Source: an uncultured Bdellovibrio sp. (GTDB lineage Bacteria; Bdellovibrionota; Bdellovibrionia; Bdellovibrionales; Bdellovibrionaceae). Taken from it: a stretch of 64,000 nt of DNA. The translations under genes and the position numbers were made by a program. Below, one piece after another: positions 30,767 through 39,272 of this stretch. Each line of letters opens with the position of its first letter. The first letter of the stretch is position 1. The notes beneath the pieces were generated by a model that was not told the origin of the DNA, ran no database searches, and saw only the letters and a program-made list of their open reading frames with translations. The stretch spans positions 96,001 to 160,000 of the forward strand of contig CAWVRN010000005.1 in assembly GCA_963932905.1 (NCBI GenBank), in the 5' to 3' direction.

Positions 30767-31005
30767 TTTTTTCGGGGGCGATAGACTCCCTTCTTAAGAA
30801 AGATTCCAGGTGTAAATGGGGATCTTTCTCTTGAATGGGAGTTTTCTTTTTTGGAGGACGCCCTCCAGGCTCGGCCACCGGTTGGCTACGCCAACAATAC
30901 CGCATCCATGCGGCGGTGGAGCCTCCAAAAAAGAAAACTCCCATTCAAGAGAAAGACCGAGCTCGAATCGTTTCTTAAGAAGGGAGTCTATCGCCCCCGA
31001 AAAAA
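30767..31005 (+). repeat. Rod-shaped 239-nt palindromic element, copy 1 (MITE/REPIN-like or structured ncRNA)
   Basis: Two perfect 35-bp stems (30767-30801/30971-31005 and 30823-30857/30922-30956) separated by an internal loop; branched apical region. Confidence 0.85.
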
Positions 31006-31203
31006 TTCTCCACACCGCAACCTTTTTTATGACCATAGTTGTTGTTCCGTTCTTGAGATGCTTTTGGATCATAAAAAAAATGTCGGATAAACCACGAAAC
31101 CCACACAAGGCAAAACCCTCGCTTTCAAAATCTCGGGGGATTTTCCTCTCACTGCGCCAAGTCCTCTAGTCCCAAAACAATTCCGAAAACTTCGTGAAAA
31201 AAG

Positions 31204-31220
31204 TTGGCGTGCACATTGCT
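31204..31220 (+). promoter_or_regulatory. Putative sigma54 (RpoN) -24/-12 promoter
   Basis: TTGGCGTGCACATTGCT: GG-N10-GC with TGGC and TTGCT. Confidence 0.7.
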
Positions 31221-31287
31221 AACATCTATCCCGGGTTCATCAGCCAGATAAAAAAGAGTCAGTTTGGCTCTTCTACCGGGGGGTAGC

Positions 31288-34200
31288 GTGGGTTTAGGTC
31301 ACTTCTTTTTGCTTACATTTTTTTACTGTTTCTTCACCTTCGCGGACAGTGTAAATATTCCAATAAAAACTGTAAAAAAACCAGCGGCTGATTTAAGTTA
31401 TCAAGGCAAAAAAATTGATCCATCCGAAGCGGCTGACTTGATGTCAAAGCAAATTGATATCAGCCGATTGAACCCTGGCGACAATAAATTCTGGCAAAAC
31501 AAAACATATGAAGTTAAAGATGCTTCGCTCAACGCATTCCCATTAGGCTCTGCGGGGGTAAATTTTCAAGCAACCGAAGCAGTTATCAATGAATTATTAA
31601 CCATCACTATTCGGGTACAAGATGCGACAGTTAAAGATCGTTTTTATCGTTTAGCTATCAGCCGGTATTCACCTTCATTTATGATGAGAGCCGCCATGCT
31701 AAGAAAGCTTGGGTATTTTATCCCTGCACTCAAGCAATACTCAGATATGAAAGTGCGTTTTCAAAGTGAAGCTGAAAAAGATTTATTCCTAGAAAACATG
31801 CAAAAGGCGATGGTTCTAGACGTTAGCGATACTAAGTGGATCAAAGAGAATAACAAAACGGATCACTCTCTGACATTCAGTGACTGTGTTTTAGAGACGC
31901 CGTCAAACGAATACTACGATCTACATTGGGGTACGACTCCAAACCCAAAAAACCCTGCGATGATATCTATTTTAGAATTGTTCTCAAAAAATCGCGCCTT
32001 CCGTGCCTTGATAGTTCCGTATGTATTAGTTGATCTGCCAGAAAGTGTGAATCGGTTTTTGCCGAAATCAGCGAGTGTGGTTTCAGGGCATATTGTATTG
32101 AATCATCCTTTTGGTGCCGCATTCAGTGGAACAACATATGAGGACGTGAAATGGTTGCTGCTTCGTATGCAAAACTGGACTGAAAAAGACGTCCGTGAAA
32201 TCGTCGAGAACGCTAGCCTTCCAAAAGACATCAGTGAATTGGTATATCGCAAGTTGCTTTACAGAATTAGCAACATGTTTGAGTTCTTTGACATGAAGAC
32301 AAGCTTTCAAGCGGCGTTGCCAACCTTAGAATATGATGCCGCAGGTGGGATCATTAAAAGTGGTAAAGTCACACAAGAAACTATCGCGCCTTATCCATTC
32401 CGTTTTGCTCATGGCGACCCAGAAGCTCCGTTTCAAGAAGGCGATTACGTACGTTACTTTAAAATTCGCGGTATCACGGCCGTTGTGGCCACAGCGCTGG
32501 CCGAGATGTCTAAGAAATTACAAATTCAAGATGTCGGTGACCTAGCAAAACAACGGGCATTAGATATTCAGAATAAAATCAAGGATCATATTAAGAAAAA
32601 CCCGTTAGAACCACTTTATCAAAAAGTAGAAGCCTGGGGTGGCCCAGTGGCTGGCTTTAATGTGTCAGCGACCCGTCACGTTTCAACAGGAACATACTTT
32701 GAAAGTACGGCGCCTCTGCAGTTGGTAGATAACGTTACAGTGTCGGGTTCACTTGGTTATTTTATGGGAATCGACGGTGTCAATTATGTAAAACCATTTG
32801 CCGGTGTGAACGTGTCGTTGCTGCGTGACTACACTCATGTTCGTCCTATTTTATCTATCAAAGAAGGTGACAAAGAAAGTTGGGCCAATTTATTAATTCC
32901 TAAATATATGGCGAACATTTCAAAAATTTTGAAAGAGCCAAATATCGTCAGTACGTCAGAAACCGTAACCGAAGAAAAAGCCAGTTTAGACCAATTCTTA
33001 AATGATTTACGTGAGGGAGAAGTATTCACAATCACTGATTCCGTCGCAACCTCTGCGTATGCCCAAATTTCATCGTCTTTAGATGTATTGATGGGTATCG
33101 CACCGTTGAATTTCTTGAATTCGATCAGTTTAGGTGCCGACGCGTCTCGCATCATTTTACGTCAAACCAGCATCATGAAAACTAAAGATGGCGTTCAGAT
33201 TTTTGTTCGTAATCAAAAAAGTTCAGTCTATGGCCTAACTGTCGACGTCAATTACTTTATCAAAGTTTTACAAATCCGTTCTCAGACTAACAATAGTGAT
33301 TTATCGACTCATGCGTTCGTAGTGAACTACTACCCAGCTTTGCAACAATCGATTGATTCAAATCAAAGCCAAATTGAATTCGTAAATAAAAACAACGATA
33401 CAAAAGAAAATCTACGTCCGGTTTTATATAGTCTATTTAATTCGCAATCAAAAGATCTGTTATACGAAAAATTTAAATACAATAAATTTGAGATTGATCA
33501 CAATTTGAATACAGAGGAACTGCGCGCAAAATTCCTATGGTTCCGCACCACAAGTATGGAAGAAGACCACACGGTTAAATTACGATATCCTCGAGCCGAA
33601 GCTTATCCAGAGTTAGATCCAAAAGATGAAGAGATCGTTCTTTTCTCTGCTAAAAAAGGGGAATTGAAAGGGCGTGATTATTTAGGATTTGGTCTAGATA
33701 TTTTGCAAGCGATTTTAAATCGTAAATCGAATGTTAGTTGGGATTTAAGCAACGATTTCAATCCGAACCCATCAAGCACGCCGTTCGGTAATTCATACTG
33801 GCGTATCGTAAATTCTGAAGGCGATCTGAGCACAACTCAGAAAAAACCATATCCGAATATTGCTACAATTCAGCACGTGTGGGGTGGTTGGAATTTATCT
33901 AAAGACAAGTTCTTTAAAACGTTAGATGAAGTCGAGGCGGCAATTAAAGGTGTTAATTTATCATCGTACCGGTTACTTGAACGAGAAAATTTTCATCAGG
34001 TAAAATCGGTGGATTTCTATCGTATCACGGCTCAGTTATCATTGATGCCAAGCGCGCTGACAAAAATTCAAGATCTAATCAATCCAAAAGAATTTAAAGT
34101 AGATAAACAAAACGTAAACTTTATCGTTTCAAGATTGTTCAAAAAGTTATCCGAAACTTTAGGTTCGAAAGAACGCGATGCTGATCGCGCCATGTTTATC

Positions 34201-34689
34201 GGTATTATGTCAGTTTTTGGTAACGGTGACTATCAAAAGGGCTACACGCAATACTATTATGAATGTAAGCAGTACCATGAAAATAAAAACGGAAGGGGTG
34301 GATCGCCGCAAAATACGTATGCTTGGTACAATGGCAGTTCTTATGAATGCTTAATGCCATGGATTCAGAAACTGATCGATCTGTCGACAAAATTCCCTAA
34401 AGAGAAAAAAGAGCAGATTAAATGGTTAACCGAAGTTCTTTACGTGCTTGATGAGCGTATTCCGCTGCAACAATTATTAAAGTACTTAACTCCAGAAAAC
34501 TACATTTACCTTGTTCGTGTGAATGGTTTTAGAACAGGTGATGAAGATGGTGAAATCCAATATTTTTCTAATACGTTAGGTGATCCAACTAAAAATATCG
34601 AATATTCGAATGGTCTAATCCAGATGTTCAGTCAAAGAACGGGGATTACATCCGTAGAGTTAGATCGATCACAAGGGAGTTTCCGATGA
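31288..34689 (+). CDS. Large secreted hypothetical protein (about 1130 aa)
   Basis: Long ORF with signal-peptide-like N-terminus; GTG 31288 follows a G-rich RBS; stop overlaps the next start (ATGA). Confidence 0.85.
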   Translation: MGLGHFFLLTFFYCFFTFADSVNIPIKTVKKPAADLSYQGKKIDPSEAADLMSKQIDISRLNPGDNKFWQNKTYEVKDASLNAFPLGSAGVNFQATEAVINELLTITIRVQDATVKDRFYRLAISRYSPSFMMRAAMLRKLGYFIPALKQYSDMKVRFQSEAEKDLFLENMQKAMVLDVSDTKWIKENNKTDHSLTFSDCVLETPSNEYYDLHWGTTPNPKNPAMISILELFSKNRAFRALIVPYVLVDLPESVNRFLPKSASVVSGHIVLNHPFGAAFSGTTYEDVKWLLLRMQNWTEKDVREIVENASLPKDISELVYRKLLYRISNMFEFFDMKTSFQAALPTLEYDAAGGIIKSGKVTQETIAPYPFRFAHGDPEAPFQEGDYVRYFKIRGITAVVATALAEMSKKLQIQDVGDLAKQRALDIQNKIKDHIKKNPLEPLYQKVEAWGGPVAGFNVSATRHVSTGTYFESTAPLQLVDNVTVSGSLGYFMGIDGVNYVKPFAGVNVSLLRDYTHVRPILSIKEGDKESWANLLIPKYMANISKILKEPNIVSTSETVTEEKASLDQFLNDLREGEVFTITDSVATSAYAQISSSLDVLMGIAPLNFLNSISLGADASRIILRQTSIMKTKDGVQIFVRNQKSSVYGLTVDVNYFIKVLQIRSQTNNSDLSTHAFVVNYYPALQQSIDSNQSQIEFVNKNNDTKENLRPVLYSLFNSQSKDLLYEKFKYNKFEIDHNLNTEELRAKFLWFRTTSMEEDHTVKLRYPRAEAYPELDPKDEEIVLFSAKKGELKGRDYLGFGLDILQAILNRKSNVSWDLSNDFNPNPSSTPFGNSYWRIVNSEGDLSTTQKKPYPNIATIQHVWGGWNLSKDKFFKTLDEVEAAIKGVNLSSYRLLERENFHQVKSVDFYRITAQLSLMPSALTKIQDLINPKEFKVDKQNVNFIVSRLFKKLSETLGSKERDADRAMFIGIMSVFGNGDYQKGYTQYYYECKQYHENKNGRGGSPQNTYAWYNGSSYECLMPWIQKLIDLSTKFPKEKKEQIKWLTEVLYVLDERIPLQQLLKYLTPENYIYLVRVNGFRTGDEDGEIQYFSNTLGDPTKNIEYSNGLIQMFSQRTGITSVELDRSQGSFR

Positions 34690-37600
34690 TTAAATCATTC
34701 TTGACCCTAATCGGGATTACGTTACTGCTGGCTCCGTCAGCTTATTCGATCGAGCGTGCGATTTTGTCTGTGAAGCCTCATCACAAAATCAAATCTAAGG
34801 ATTTGAATTTGATTTTGGATTCTACGCTGATTGTAAATCGCAAAAATCTTTGGACCGACAAAGAAAAGGAACTATTAAAATCTTTAAATCTAAATAAATT
34901 TTCAAAGGCATGGATCGTGGAGGTGAATACTTACGCCGATCTTTTAATGCTTGAGCGTAAGATTAATCAAAACGGATTGCCGTTAAACGTGGATGACTAC
35001 GAATTACCTATTCAGAGTCTAAATGCTGACTGGCAATCTTTGCAATGGGGTATGAAGAATACCGGACAAGCGCAGAATTTAGATTTGGATCCCGTGCAAA
35101 CATTCCGTGTTCCTGGTGTTGTAGGTGAAGACATTCAAAAAATTCAAAATAAAATAGGCACACTGAAACGCAAAGTGCGCGTAGCCGTATTAGATACGGG
35201 AGTCGATAAAAAGCATCCCAATTTAAAGAACGTTCTTTATAGAAACGAGCTGGAATGTAAACAATTAGAGGCATTTGAAGCGTGTCTAGTTGAAGATGGG
35301 ATGGATCGCGACAGCTGCGAAAAGAAATTCATGACGTCGGAAAATCCTAATCTGGATCCTGACCATAACGGCTATCCGTTGGATTGCACAGGCTGGAGTA
35401 TCTTAGGTAATGCTGACAATCCAAGTGGCATATTGGGTCGTCCTGATTTTGGCGATGATCAAGGCCATGGAACTCATGTGGCGGGTATTATCGGTGCGCA
35501 AATGGATCCTCAATTCCTGGGCGTCAGCGGTGTTTCTAGCAACGTTGAAATTATTCCGATCCAAGTAATTGGTAAAAATCCATCTGAGCCAGTAAAACCT
35601 TTGTCGACAGATATCAATATGGATACGTTGTCGCCAGTAGAATTAAAGCAAAAATGGGCAAAGAAGTCGTTGGGGGATTTAGTCGCACGTGGGTTATTGT
35701 ACGCGTTCAAAGCCAAAGCCGATGTCGTGAACCTATCGTTAGGTTGGCCGGCCGCACGTGATTCTGAATTAATTCGCGGATTGATCACGGAAATGATCAA
35801 TCGCGGAATTATCATAGTGGCAGCCGCCGGCAATGATTCCACGAAGGCATTGCTACATCCGTGTGCTTACGAAGGCGTTATCTGTGTAGGTAGTCATGGA
35901 CCAGACGGATCTGTAAGTCACTTTTCTAATTATGGTAGCGGGGTTGATATGTTAGCTCCGGGCCTAAATATTCTAAGCACATTCCCAGTGGATCAACGTC
36001 CTGTTCGCTTTAGAAAAACGTGGGGCTTTGAATATTTATCGGGAACATCCCAAGCGTCGCCATTTGTCGCTGGTGTAGTGGCAGAGATGATTGCACAAGG
36101 TATTCCAAGAAATGAAATTTACCCGCGATTGATGGCAACGACTCGATTGCCAAAAGTGAACCAGGGTTTGTTTGAAGGTGTTCCGCATCTGCCAGATAAA
36201 TTGGTAACATTGAAATCCACTGTAGAGGCAAAAATGACATTAGCAGGTAATATGGACTTCCGTAAAGCGATGGATGTTAAACCAGCGATTGTCATCCTTC
36301 CTACAATCAAAGAAAAAACAACTTTGAATTGGAATGGGAATGATAAAAAACTGAAATTTAGTTTCGGACTTAAAAATTATTGGCAAGACACGGATTTTTC
36401 TCGCGTACAATTACGTGCAAAATTTAAAGACGATGAGAAATCTCATCGCCCATCCGTCGTTTCTATTTCTGGTTTACCAAAATCAGGAAAATGGGAAGGC
36501 GGTCAAAAAATGATTGTTACCGTTGATGCCGAGCTTTATAAAACAGAAGCTCAACGAAATATGGTTCCATCTGATCTGGAACTTGAAGTCTGGGTGATGG
36601 TGGATACTAAGCTCAGCAAATATTTTGTTCAAGAGTTTGAATTAGTCGTTCCGTTTACGGCCACAACTCTGTTGCCAGAGATGACGAAATACCAAGTGAA
36701 GCAATTTCCGACAGGACGAGTTGAGTGGAATCCTGTGGATGAAACATACGATTATACGCCTAACAAACGTGATTATATTTTGTCGTCACAAAGTAAGAAA
36801 GAAACTTCGTTTTCGTTGTTAACTCAAGATCGTTCGGGTGCCTATCAATTAGTGGGATCAAATGTTCTGAAATTGCCGAAACCGGTAGAGCAACTTCGTT
36901 CGCAGTACTTGGTACGCATGCTACAAGGTAACGAGGCGATTTACGCACTTGGTTTCCTAGATGAACCAGAAGATGACGACGACAATGCACTTCCTAAAGT
37001 GTATTTTTCGATCTTTGATCATAATTTTAAATTGGTGGAAGAGTTTGCGTACGATTCTGATAAAGCTGTAATGCCGTATCAAATTTATTGGATGACGATC
37101 GGTGATAAAAAACGACCGGCTTGGGTTGGGTACGGAAAAGACCCATCGAAAAAACCAAGCTTAATTAACTTGTGGGAAAATCCGGCCGGTAACGAAGAAT
37201 TAAAAATTCGTTTCTACTTTGTCGATGACAAAAATCAGTTAAACGCCGTCGACGCCGGTGAAGAATACGAAATCATCGATGTCCTTGAACCAAGTCTTGA
37301 TCAAAAAATACGGGGCATTATTCCCGTGTTGATGGCCAAAAATCAAGGGTCAGAAATCAAGCCATCCTATATCTATGACTTTGCTCAAGCCGAAGTGGTT
37401 AATGGAACAGTTCAAAATCTAAAAAAATTAGATGCACTGTCAAAGAACTATCAGTATCGCAACTTGATCGAAACTAAGGTCGACAAGATTTTAAATTTGG
37501 ATGCTAGCGAAGAAGAGTTTGCAGGAACTTATTGGTTCAATGAAAATGGAAACCGCGAACAACGTGTAACTTTTATCCATTTCCAATCGAAAAAATATGT

Positions 37601-38114
37601 CGATCAAGTTTTAAAACCAATGAATCCACTTTACGATTCCGCGTTGTTAGTTCGCGCGTCATTTTTGGGTGAGCAACGTGCGGGAACATTCGTGTTAACC
37701 AATAGTGAAATTCAATATCATGATTTGTTGTCGGGCCAGACGGTTGGGCGCAGTTTAGAGCGTTATACGTTTTATCCTGACGATTTCTTTACCAGTGTGT
37801 ATATGCCGATCACGGTTTTTGATTCCAAAAACCCAAAACAAAAGATCCCTGCGATTTTTACGACGGAGAGCAGCGAAATCAATCGCGGTGTCAAAATAGT
37901 TGTCCCGATTTTTGCAAAGGCACAAGGATCGAATCAAACTTCGTTAACAAAAGAGAAAGTGGTTGAACTTATGACACCAGCGAAACTAAGACTTGAAACG
38001 CAAAGAACTTCTGGTTGTCGTCCACTCAACACACCCGTTTTCTTGGGCGAAAAAGGATACGCATTTGATTATTTCTGCGGGGATAGCATTTTAAGGGTAC
38101 CGATAAAATTATAA
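34686..38114 (+). CDS. Large secreted S8 serine protease with about 600-aa uncharacterised C-terminal extension
   Basis: Signal peptide; VLDTG, HGTHVAG, AAAGN, GTSQA. Confidence 0.92.
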   Translation: MIKSFLTLIGITLLLAPSAYSIERAILSVKPHHKIKSKDLNLILDSTLIVNRKNLWTDKEKELLKSLNLNKFSKAWIVEVNTYADLLMLERKINQNGLPLNVDDYELPIQSLNADWQSLQWGMKNTGQAQNLDLDPVQTFRVPGVVGEDIQKIQNKIGTLKRKVRVAVLDTGVDKKHPNLKNVLYRNELECKQLEAFEACLVEDGMDRDSCEKKFMTSENPNLDPDHNGYPLDCTGWSILGNADNPSGILGRPDFGDDQGHGTHVAGIIGAQMDPQFLGVSGVSSNVEIIPIQVIGKNPSEPVKPLSTDINMDTLSPVELKQKWAKKSLGDLVARGLLYAFKAKADVVNLSLGWPAARDSELIRGLITEMINRGIIIVAAAGNDSTKALLHPCAYEGVICVGSHGPDGSVSHFSNYGSGVDMLAPGLNILSTFPVDQRPVRFRKTWGFEYLSGTSQASPFVAGVVAEMIAQGIPRNEIYPRLMATTRLPKVNQGLFEGVPHLPDKLVTLKSTVEAKMTLAGNMDFRKAMDVKPAIVILPTIKEKTTLNWNGNDKKLKFSFGLKNYWQDTDFSRVQLRAKFKDDEKSHRPSVVSISGLPKSGKWEGGQKMIVTVDAELYKTEAQRNMVPSDLELEVWVMVDTKLSKYFVQEFELVVPFTATTLLPEMTKYQVKQFPTGRVEWNPVDETYDYTPNKRDYILSSQSKKETSFSLLTQDRSGAYQLVGSNVLKLPKPVEQLRSQYLVRMLQGNEAIYALGFLDEPEDDDDNALPKVYFSIFDHNFKLVEEFAYDSDKAVMPYQIYWMTIGDKKRPAWVGYGKDPSKKPSLINLWENPAGNEELKIRFYFVDDKNQLNAVDAGEEYEIIDVLEPSLDQKIRGIIPVLMAKNQGSEIKPSYIYDFAQAEVVNGTVQNLKKLDALSKNYQYRNLIETKVDKILNLDASEEEFAGTYWFNENGNREQRVTFIHFQSKKYVDQVLKPMNPLYDSALLVRASFLGEQRAGTFVLTNSEIQYHDLLSGQTVGRSLERYTFYPDDFFTSVYMPITVFDSKNPKQKIPAIFTTESSEINRGVKIVVPIFAKAQGSNQTSLTKEKVVELMTPAKLRLETQRTSGCRPLNTPVFLGEKGYAFDYFCGDSILRVPIKL

Positions 38115-38184
38115 TTCAGTCCGCATTTATGTGGGCATAAAAGTAAAGTGAAACAAGTTATCTATAAAGGAAAAAGGGGGAAAA

Positions 38185-39123
38185 ATGTTTAATATGAGTT
38201 CTAAGTTCAAAGGGGCAATGCGTTTAGTGCTAGTCACGGGCTTTGCGATTGGTTTTTTTGGCTGCGGCGGTGGCGGCGGTAGTTCGCCTGTGAATGTTCT
38301 TTACTATCCGTACCAGACGATATTTGAAAAGGTTTGTATGACAGTTGAACCGACTCCAGGCTGTACATTCGACGCTAGGACGGGGGAGCGAATTTCAGTT
38401 AGCGCGGATCCCGCTTATGACCGCAGGGGCCATGCGACGGACGACATGTGGTTTGTAGAATTTGATGAATATGGAATGGCCGCAGTCTACGATCAAGACC
38501 GAATTCTTCGGGAATACAAAGACGTAAGCGAATTCGGCGGCTATTTAGGGACTTACGATATAGGTACTGGCGGGTACAATGTTGCGACTGGTGAAACAAG
38601 ATTAGTTTGGGAAGATATCCGTAACGGTGCTTACTACTTAGGTAAAAACGGAGTTCTTTACTCTGCCAACTTAATCGAATCTAACTTCGGTCAAGCGATC
38701 AACAACAAGAATGCGTCTAAAGCAACAGACACTAACTTTGCGGCTTTAAACTCTGATGCTAACAAAATCTTAGTAGCTAAAGGTGCTGAAAAGTTAATGA
38801 AAGAATATGGTTTCAAAAAAGCTCAAGCGACAGCGGTGGCTAGTGTTCTGAACAACTTCGCAGTGACTACATCACTTCGTGGTAAAGTAACAACTAAAGA
38901 CATCGACGTAACTTTCAAAGGTGCTTTTGGCGTTCCATTCTCGGATGCATTGACTGCTGTTAACAAACTACGTGAAGGTGATAAATCTTCTATGAGAGAA
39001 CTAACAAACCGGTCAGCTTCAGCGTTGGGTTTAAAACCTCACCAAGCTCAACAATTCATCAAAGGTATGTATAAAAAAGCCCTAACTCAATGGGGTTACG
39101 ATGTGGATACGATCAGCTGGTAA
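38185..39123 (+). CDS. Lipoprotein, hypothetical
   Basis: Lipobox FFGC followed by GGGGGSS tether; strong RBS; terminator downstream. Confidence 0.8.
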   Translation: MFNMSSKFKGAMRLVLVTGFAIGFFGCGGGGGSSPVNVLYYPYQTIFEKVCMTVEPTPGCTFDARTGERISVSADPAYDRRGHATDDMWFVEFDEYGMAAVYDQDRILREYKDVSEFGGYLGTYDIGTGGYNVATGETRLVWEDIRNGAYYLGKNGVLYSANLIESNFGQAINNKNASKATDTNFAALNSDANKILVAKGAEKLMKEYGFKKAQATAVASVLNNFAVTTSLRGKVTTKDIDVTFKGAFGVPFSDALTAVNKLREGDKSSMRELTNRSASALGLKPHQAQQFIKGMYKKALTQWGYDVDTISW

Positions 39124-39185
39124 CCTCCAGGTGATCACGTGTCAGCTAGCTGGTAATTTCTACCGGTTAGTTTGTTTCAAACCAC

Positions 39186-39213
39186 AAAAAGCCTGCAGAA
39201 ATGCAGGCTTTTT
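39186..39213 (+). terminator. Rho-independent terminator
   Basis: AAAAAGCCTGCA-GAAA-TGCAGGCTTTTT. Confidence 0.9.
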
Positions 39214-39235
39214 GCTTTGAGGGCTCTATCCTTTC

Positions 39236-39264
39236 TTGCCTAATCGCGTCGTGCGTTTTAGAAT
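39236..39264 (+). promoter_or_regulatory. Putative sigma70 promoter giving a near-leaderless mRNA
   Basis: TTGCCT-N17-TAGAAT, 8 nt before ATG 39273; no SD. Confidence 0.55.
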
Positions 39265-39272
39265 AGGCCTCC

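Noticed and set aside
30767..31005. Rod elements as 6S RNA, SRP RNA, hammerhead ribozyme, attC site or CRISPR
   Set aside because: Stems are too long and perfect and there are two dissimilar copies; no CUGAUGA/GAAA core, no RYYYAAC/GTTRRRY ends and no repeat-spacer periodicity. A formal Rfam search is still needed
31023..31078. Short inverted repeat TTTTTTATGA/TCATAAAAAA and a 13-mer shared with rod element 2, upstream of the sigma54 motif
   Set aside because: Low-complexity and AT-rich; it could be an activator site but chance cannot be excluded
30741..31169. Four short overlapping ORFs on both strands
   Set aside because: They are by-products of the palindromic element: mirror-image peptides with no RBS or recognisable motif
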